DNA of 64,000 nucleotides from Brevundimonas sp. Lineage in GTDB: Bacteria; Pseudomonadota; Alphaproteobacteria; Caulobacterales; Caulobacteraceae. The first letter of the stretch is position 1, and the number at the start of each line of letters is the position of its first letter. Of the stretch, positions 59,993 to 64,000 are shown in pieces. Under the pieces are notes generated by a model. It had not been told where the DNA came from, did not search any database, and saw only the letters and a list, made by a program, of their open reading frames with translations. The position numbers and the translations under genes were made by a program. The stretch lies in assembly GCF_041648615.1 (NCBI RefSeq), contig NZ_JBAZOS010000012.1, forward strand, positions 225 through 64,224, given 5' to 3'.

Positions 59993-60388
59993 GTGAAGGA
60001 CCTTTCGATCCTGCTGGACGACCGCCCGGGCGCCCTCGCCGACATGGGCGAGGCGTTGTCGCGGGCCGGGGTCAGCATCGAGGGCGGCGGCGCCTGGACG
60101 ACGGCCGGGGGCGGCGTGGCCCATTTCCTGTTCGCGGACGGCGCGGCGGCGCGCCGGGCCCTCGAGGACGCCGGCATCCGGGTCGTCGCCGAGAACGATG
60201 TCCTGGTCCAGCGACTGAGGCAGGACACGCCGGGGCAGCTGGGCCAGTTGACCCGCCGGATGGCCGAGGCCGGCGTCAATATCGAGGTCCTGTACAGTGA
60301 CCATGATCATCAGATGATCCTCGTGGTCGATGACATGGCGCGCGGAAAAGCCGTCTCCGAGGCGTGGATTCGCGACAGCGGCCTGTGA
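59993..60388 (+). CDS. Tandem ACT-domain protein
   Basis: DDRPGALA...AGVSI and QDTPGQLG...AGVNI: two ACT repeats. Confidence 0.85.
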   Translation: MKDLSILLDDRPGALADMGEALSRAGVSIEGGGAWTTAGGGVAHFLFADGAAARRALEDAGIRVVAENDVLVQRLRQDTPGQLGQLTRRMAEAGVNIEVLYSDHDHQMILVVDDMARGKAVSEAWIRDSGL

Positions 60389-60408
60389 CTATAACCAGCG
60401 GAAAAACC

Positions 60409-61821
60409 ATGGAATTCGACCTCATCATCATCGGTTCCGGCCCGGGCGGCTATGTGGCCGCCATCCGCGCCAGCCAGCTGGGCCAGAAGGTCGCCATCGT
60501 CGAGCGCGAGAGCCTGGGCGGCATCTGCCTGAACTGGGGCTGCATCCCGACCAAGGCCCTGCTGAAGTCGGGCGAGAAGTACGAGAGCCTGTCGCACCTC
60601 AAGGACTACGGCCTGTCCGCCGACAACGCCGGCTTCGACTTCGACGCCATCATCCAGCGTTCCCGGGGCGTCGCCGCCACCATGAACAAGGGCGTCGCCT
60701 ATCTGATGAAGAAGAACAAGATCGAGGTGATCGAAGGCGCGGCGAAGCTGGAGAAGGGCCCAGGTGGCGCCTCCGGGGCGCCCAAGGTGGTCGTCGCCCT
60801 GAAGGCCGGCGGGTCGCGCACGGTCGAGGCGAAGGCTGTGATCCTGGCCGTCGGCGCGCGCGCCAGGGCCCTTCCGCAGATCGGCCTCGAGGCCGACGGC
60901 GACCGCATCTGGGCCTATCGCGAGGCCATGGCGCCGAAAAAGATGCCCGCCTCCATCGTCGTCATCGGCTCGGGCGCCATCGGCGTCGAGTTCGGCAGCT
61001 TCTACCGCGCCCTGGGGGCCGAGGTGACCGTGGTCGAGGCCGTCGACCGCATCATGCCGGTCGAGGACGAGGAGGTGTCAAAGGCGGCGCAGAAGGCCTT
61101 CGAGAAGCGCGGCATGAAATTCCGCACCGGCTGCAAGGTGACGAAGGTGTCGAAGGGCGGCAAGGGCGTGCAGGTGGCCATCGAGGCCGGCGGCAAGGCC
61201 GAGACGCTGGAAGCCGAGGTCTGCATCTCGGCGGTCGGCATCACCGCCAACACCGACAGCATCGGTCTGGAGGCGCTGGGCGTCAACATGGACCGCGGCC
61301 ACATCACCATCGACGGCCACTGCCAGACCAATGTGAAGGGGCTGTACGCCATCGGCGACTGCGCCGGCGCGCCCTGGCTGGCGCACAAGGCCTCGCACGA
61401 AGGCATCCACGCCGCCGAACACATCGCCGGCTACAAGACCCCGAACGTGAACTCGCCCATCGCCGGCTGCACCTACGCCCAGCCGCAGGTGGCCTCGGTC
61501 GGGATCACCGAACAGGGTGCGCGCGAGGCGAAACGCGAGGTCAAGGTCGGCCGCTTCCCCTTCCGCGTGAACGGCAAGGCCGTCGCCGCCGGCGAGATCG
61601 AGGGCTTCGTCAAGGTGATCTTCGACGCGAAGACCGGCGCCCTGATCGGCGCCCATATGCTCGGCGCAGAGGTCACCGAGATGATCCAGGGCTTCGTCAC
61701 CGCCATCGCCATGGAGGCGACGGAAGAGGACATCCACGGCATCGTCTATCCCCACCCGACCATGTCCGAGGCCATGCACGAGGCCGCGCTGGACGCCTAT
61801 GGGCGGGTGATCCACCTCTGA
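60409..61821 (+). CDS. lpdA: Dihydrolipoyl dehydrogenase
   Basis: GSGPGGY, GGICLNWGCIPTK, GSGAIG, HPTMSE. Confidence 0.97.
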   Translation: MEFDLIIIGSGPGGYVAAIRASQLGQKVAIVERESLGGICLNWGCIPTKALLKSGEKYESLSHLKDYGLSADNAGFDFDAIIQRSRGVAATMNKGVAYLMKKNKIEVIEGAAKLEKGPGGASGAPKVVVALKAGGSRTVEAKAVILAVGARARALPQIGLEADGDRIWAYREAMAPKKMPASIVVIGSGAIGVEFGSFYRALGAEVTVVEAVDRIMPVEDEEVSKAAQKAFEKRGMKFRTGCKVTKVSKGGKGVQVAIEAGGKAETLEAEVCISAVGITANTDSIGLEALGVNMDRGHITIDGHCQTNVKGLYAIGDCAGAPWLAHKASHEGIHAAEHIAGYKTPNVNSPIAGCTYAQPQVASVGITEQGAREAKREVKVGRFPFRVNGKAVAAGEIEGFVKVIFDAKTGALIGAHMLGAEVTEMIQGFVTAIAMEATEEDIHGIVYPHPTMSEAMHEAALDAYGRVIHL

Positions 61822-61829
61822 TCACACAT

Positions 61830-61972
61830 CTCTCCCTCCCCCTCATGGGGAGGGTGGCCGAGCGCAGCGAGGTCGGGTGGGGTGTGACGGCGCCCTCCCT
61901 GAGGCGCTGCCCGACCTGTCATACCCCACCCGTCGGCTTCGCCGACACCCTCCCCATGAAGGGGAGGGAGAG
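61830..61972. repeat. 143-bp CIR/RIME-like long inverted repeat element
   Basis: 27-bp terminal IRs CTCTCCCTCCCCCTCATGGGGAGGGTG / CACCCTCCCCATGAAGGGGAGGGAGAG (1 mismatch) plus inner IR CGGGTGGGGTGTGACGG / CTGTCATACCCCACCCG. Confidence 0.85.
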
Positions 61973-61980
61973 CGTTGAGG

Positions 61981-63765
61981 TCACCCCGCCAGCACGTCCA
62001 CGCTCATCCGCTCCAGCAGGGCCCCGCCCTGACCCACGGCGGCCAGCCGGCTTGAGGCGTGGCCCAGCACATTGGCGGCATAGACCTCGTACAGGGTGAT
62101 CTTGCCTTCCAGCCATGCCGGGTCGCCCTGGCCGCCGTCCAGCTGGTCGCGGGCATGGAGCGCGCCCTGGGCCAGCATCCAGCCGCCCGCGACGTCCCCC
62201 AGCAGCTTCAGATAGGCGTCGGCGGCGGCCAGCACGTCGGCGCCCCCGTCGGCGGCGGCCTTGCGGTCCAGCAGCCACAGGGTGGCGTCCTCGACCGCTG
62301 CGACGGCGGCCGCGAACCGTTCCAGCGGCTTGCCGGAGTACAGGCGCGGCAGTTTCGCCAGGGTCGCCTTCATGTCGGCGATCAGGTCGCGGGCCGACTG
62401 GCCGCCGTCCATCGACAGCTTGCGCCCGACGAGGTCCATGGCCTGGATGCCATTGGTGCCTTCGTAGATCGGGGCGATGCGGGCGTCGCGATAGTGCTGG
62501 GCCGCGCCGGTCTCCTCGATGAAGCCCATGCCGCCGTGGATCTGGACGCCCGACGAGGCGACCTCGCAGCCGACGTCGGTGGACCAGGCCTTGGCGATGG
62601 GGGTGAACAGGTCCTCGCGGCCCTTCCAGCGTCGGCGGTCCTCTTCCGTCGCCGCGTGCTTCGCCAGATCGGCCGCCACCCCCGTGGACAGGCAGATGGC
62701 GCGGGCGGCGGCCACCTTGGCCTTCATCACCGACAGGGTGCGGCGCACGTCCGGATGGTCGATGATCGGGGCGTTGGCCTCGCCGGTCCAGACCGACCGG
62801 CCCTGACGCCGCTCGCGGGCGTAGGCGAGGGCGTGCTGATAGGCCCGCTCGGCGATGCCGACGCCCTCGACGCCGACGGCGAGGCGGGCGGCGTTCATCA
62901 TGACGAACATATGGGCCAGGCCCTGGTTCGGCTGGCCGACCAGTTCGGCGGTCGCGCCCTCATAGGACATGACGCAGGTCGGCGAGGCGTGGATGCCCAG
63001 CTTGTGCTCGACCCCGACGGGCCGGAAGGCGTTGCGCTCGCCCAGGGTCCCGTCCGGCGCGGCGAGGTATTTCGAGGCGAGGAACAGGCTGATGCCCTTG
63101 GGTCCGGGCGGGGCGTCGGGCAGGCGGGCCAGCACCATGTGGACGATGTTGTCGGTGGCGTCGTGGTCGCCCCAGGTGATGAAGATCTTCTGGCCGTTGA
63201 GGGCGTAGGTCCCGTCGCCGTTCGGCGTCGCCGTGGCGGTCAGGGCCCCGAGGTCCGAGCCGGCCTGCGGCTCGGTCAGGACCATGGCCCCGGTCCACTC
63301 GCCCGACACCAGCCGGGACAGGTAAAGCTCTTTCTGCGACGGCGTGCCGTGGGCCTCGAGCGCCTCGATGGCGGCCAGCGACAGCATCGGGCACAGGCCG
63401 AAGGCCATGCATGCAGCATGTACTGTCTCATAGGCCGCGAGCTCCAGCGCCTTGGGCAGGCCCTGACCGCCGGCGTGGGCCGGGGCGGACAGGCCGGTCC
63501 AGCCGCCCGCGGCGAACTGGCGATAGGCGTCGGCGAACCCCGGTGCGGCGGTGACGGCGTCGTCGGCCCAGGTCGACCCCTTCTGGTCGCCGATGCGGTT
63601 CAGCGGCGCCAGCACGCCTTCCGAAAACTGCGCCGCCGCCTCCAGCACGGCGCCCAGCACCTCGGCGTCATAGTCGGGGAAGGCGCCGGTGGCGGCGACC
63701 TGGTCTATGCCGGCCACGGCCTGGAGGGCGAAGGCGATGTCGCGGACGGGCGCGCGGTAGGTCAT
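61981..63765 (-). CDS. Acyl-CoA dehydrogenase
   Basis: LTEPQAGSD, GQKIFIT, EHKLGI..SPT, QIHGGMG, IYEGTNGIQ. Confidence 0.94.
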   Translation of the reverse strand: MTYRAPVRDIAFALQAVAGIDQVAATGAFPDYDAEVLGAVLEAAAQFSEGVLAPLNRIGDQKGSTWADDAVTAAPGFADAYRQFAAGGWTGLSAPAHAGGQGLPKALELAAYETVHAACMAFGLCPMLSLAAIEALEAHGTPSQKELYLSRLVSGEWTGAMVLTEPQAGSDLGALTATATPNGDGTYALNGQKIFITWGDHDATDNIVHMVLARLPDAPPGPKGISLFLASKYLAAPDGTLGERNAFRPVGVEHKLGIHASPTCVMSYEGATAELVGQPNQGLAHMFVMMNAARLAVGVEGVGIAERAYQHALAYARERRQGRSVWTGEANAPIIDHPDVRRTLSVMKAKVAAARAICLSTGVAADLAKHAATEEDRRRWKGREDLFTPIAKAWSTDVGCEVASSGVQIHGGMGFIEETGAAQHYRDARIAPIYEGTNGIQAMDLVGRKLSMDGGQSARDLIADMKATLAKLPRLYSGKPLERFAAAVAAVEDATLWLLDRKAAADGGADVLAAADAYLKLLGDVAGGWMLAQGALHARDQLDGGQGDPAWLEGKITLYEVYAANVLGHASSRLAAVGQGGALLERMSVDVLAG

Positions 63766-63886
63766 GGGCCAGGATCTCGGTTCGGACTGTTCCGACGTTC
63801 ATGCCGCCTTGCCGCCGGGGCATGCAAGCTGTGGCTTGGCGAAGAGCCGCCGACGGGCCAGAGTAAGGCGACCCAGGGAGTCCGCC

Positions 63887-64000
63887 ATGGCTGAGCCGCG
63901 CAACCGCTATTCGACCGTCTCGCTGATCCTGCACTGGCTCCTCGCCGCGCTGATCCTGGCGCAGGTGCTGCTGATCACCGCGCACGAGGCGACCGAAGGT
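63887..64000 (+). CDS. Cytochrome b561-like protein (5' part, runs off the window)
   Basis: RBS GGAG; MAEPRNRYSTVSLILHWLLAALI matches the cytochrome b N-terminal RY...LHW motif. Confidence 0.8.
   Translation, partial: MAEPRNRYSTVSLILHWLLAALILAQVLLITAHEATEG

Overview
GC-rich, gene-dense core chromosomal segment of an alphaproteobacterium, most likely Caulobacteraceae (Brevundimonas/Caulobacter-like, inferred from gene order and from popA, two-domain cspD and DUF5076 in the PDH operon). Gene order: glpX-recJ-tRNA-Glu; cspD-DUF192-tRNA-Pro-NDUFS4-like-tRNA-Arg; xth plus a hypothetical gene; metC / AapJ-like binding protein-DAACS symporter / sseA; cfa-photolyase; kdsA-hldE-hldD-DUF3089; recG; sdhE-mfd; popA; ispDF; dusB-ntrY-ntrX-dat-hfq-hflX; mazG; wrbA; lipA-ratA; rpmF; eno-ftsB; pdhA-pdhB-pdhC-lpdA; an acyl-CoA dehydrogenase and a partial cytochrome b. 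I saw no CRISPR array, prophage, integrase, transposase or defence cluster, and I cannot claim a clearly novel multi-gene system. The best leads are: (1) an ABC-type amino-acid-binding lipoprotein followed by a secondary DAACS symporter instead of permease/ATPase genes; (2) twin SigT/EcfG-like promoters with identical spacing before xth and its neighbour; (3) a 135-bp palindromic element that runs in frame into hflX; (4) short patches of AT-rich synonymous codons that fall on conserved catalytic motifs of several genes; (5) absence of ntrBC between dusB and ntrY; (6) lower-GC membrane-protein genes slotted into the lipA and PDH operons. All product calls come from motif recognition by eye; no database searches were run.
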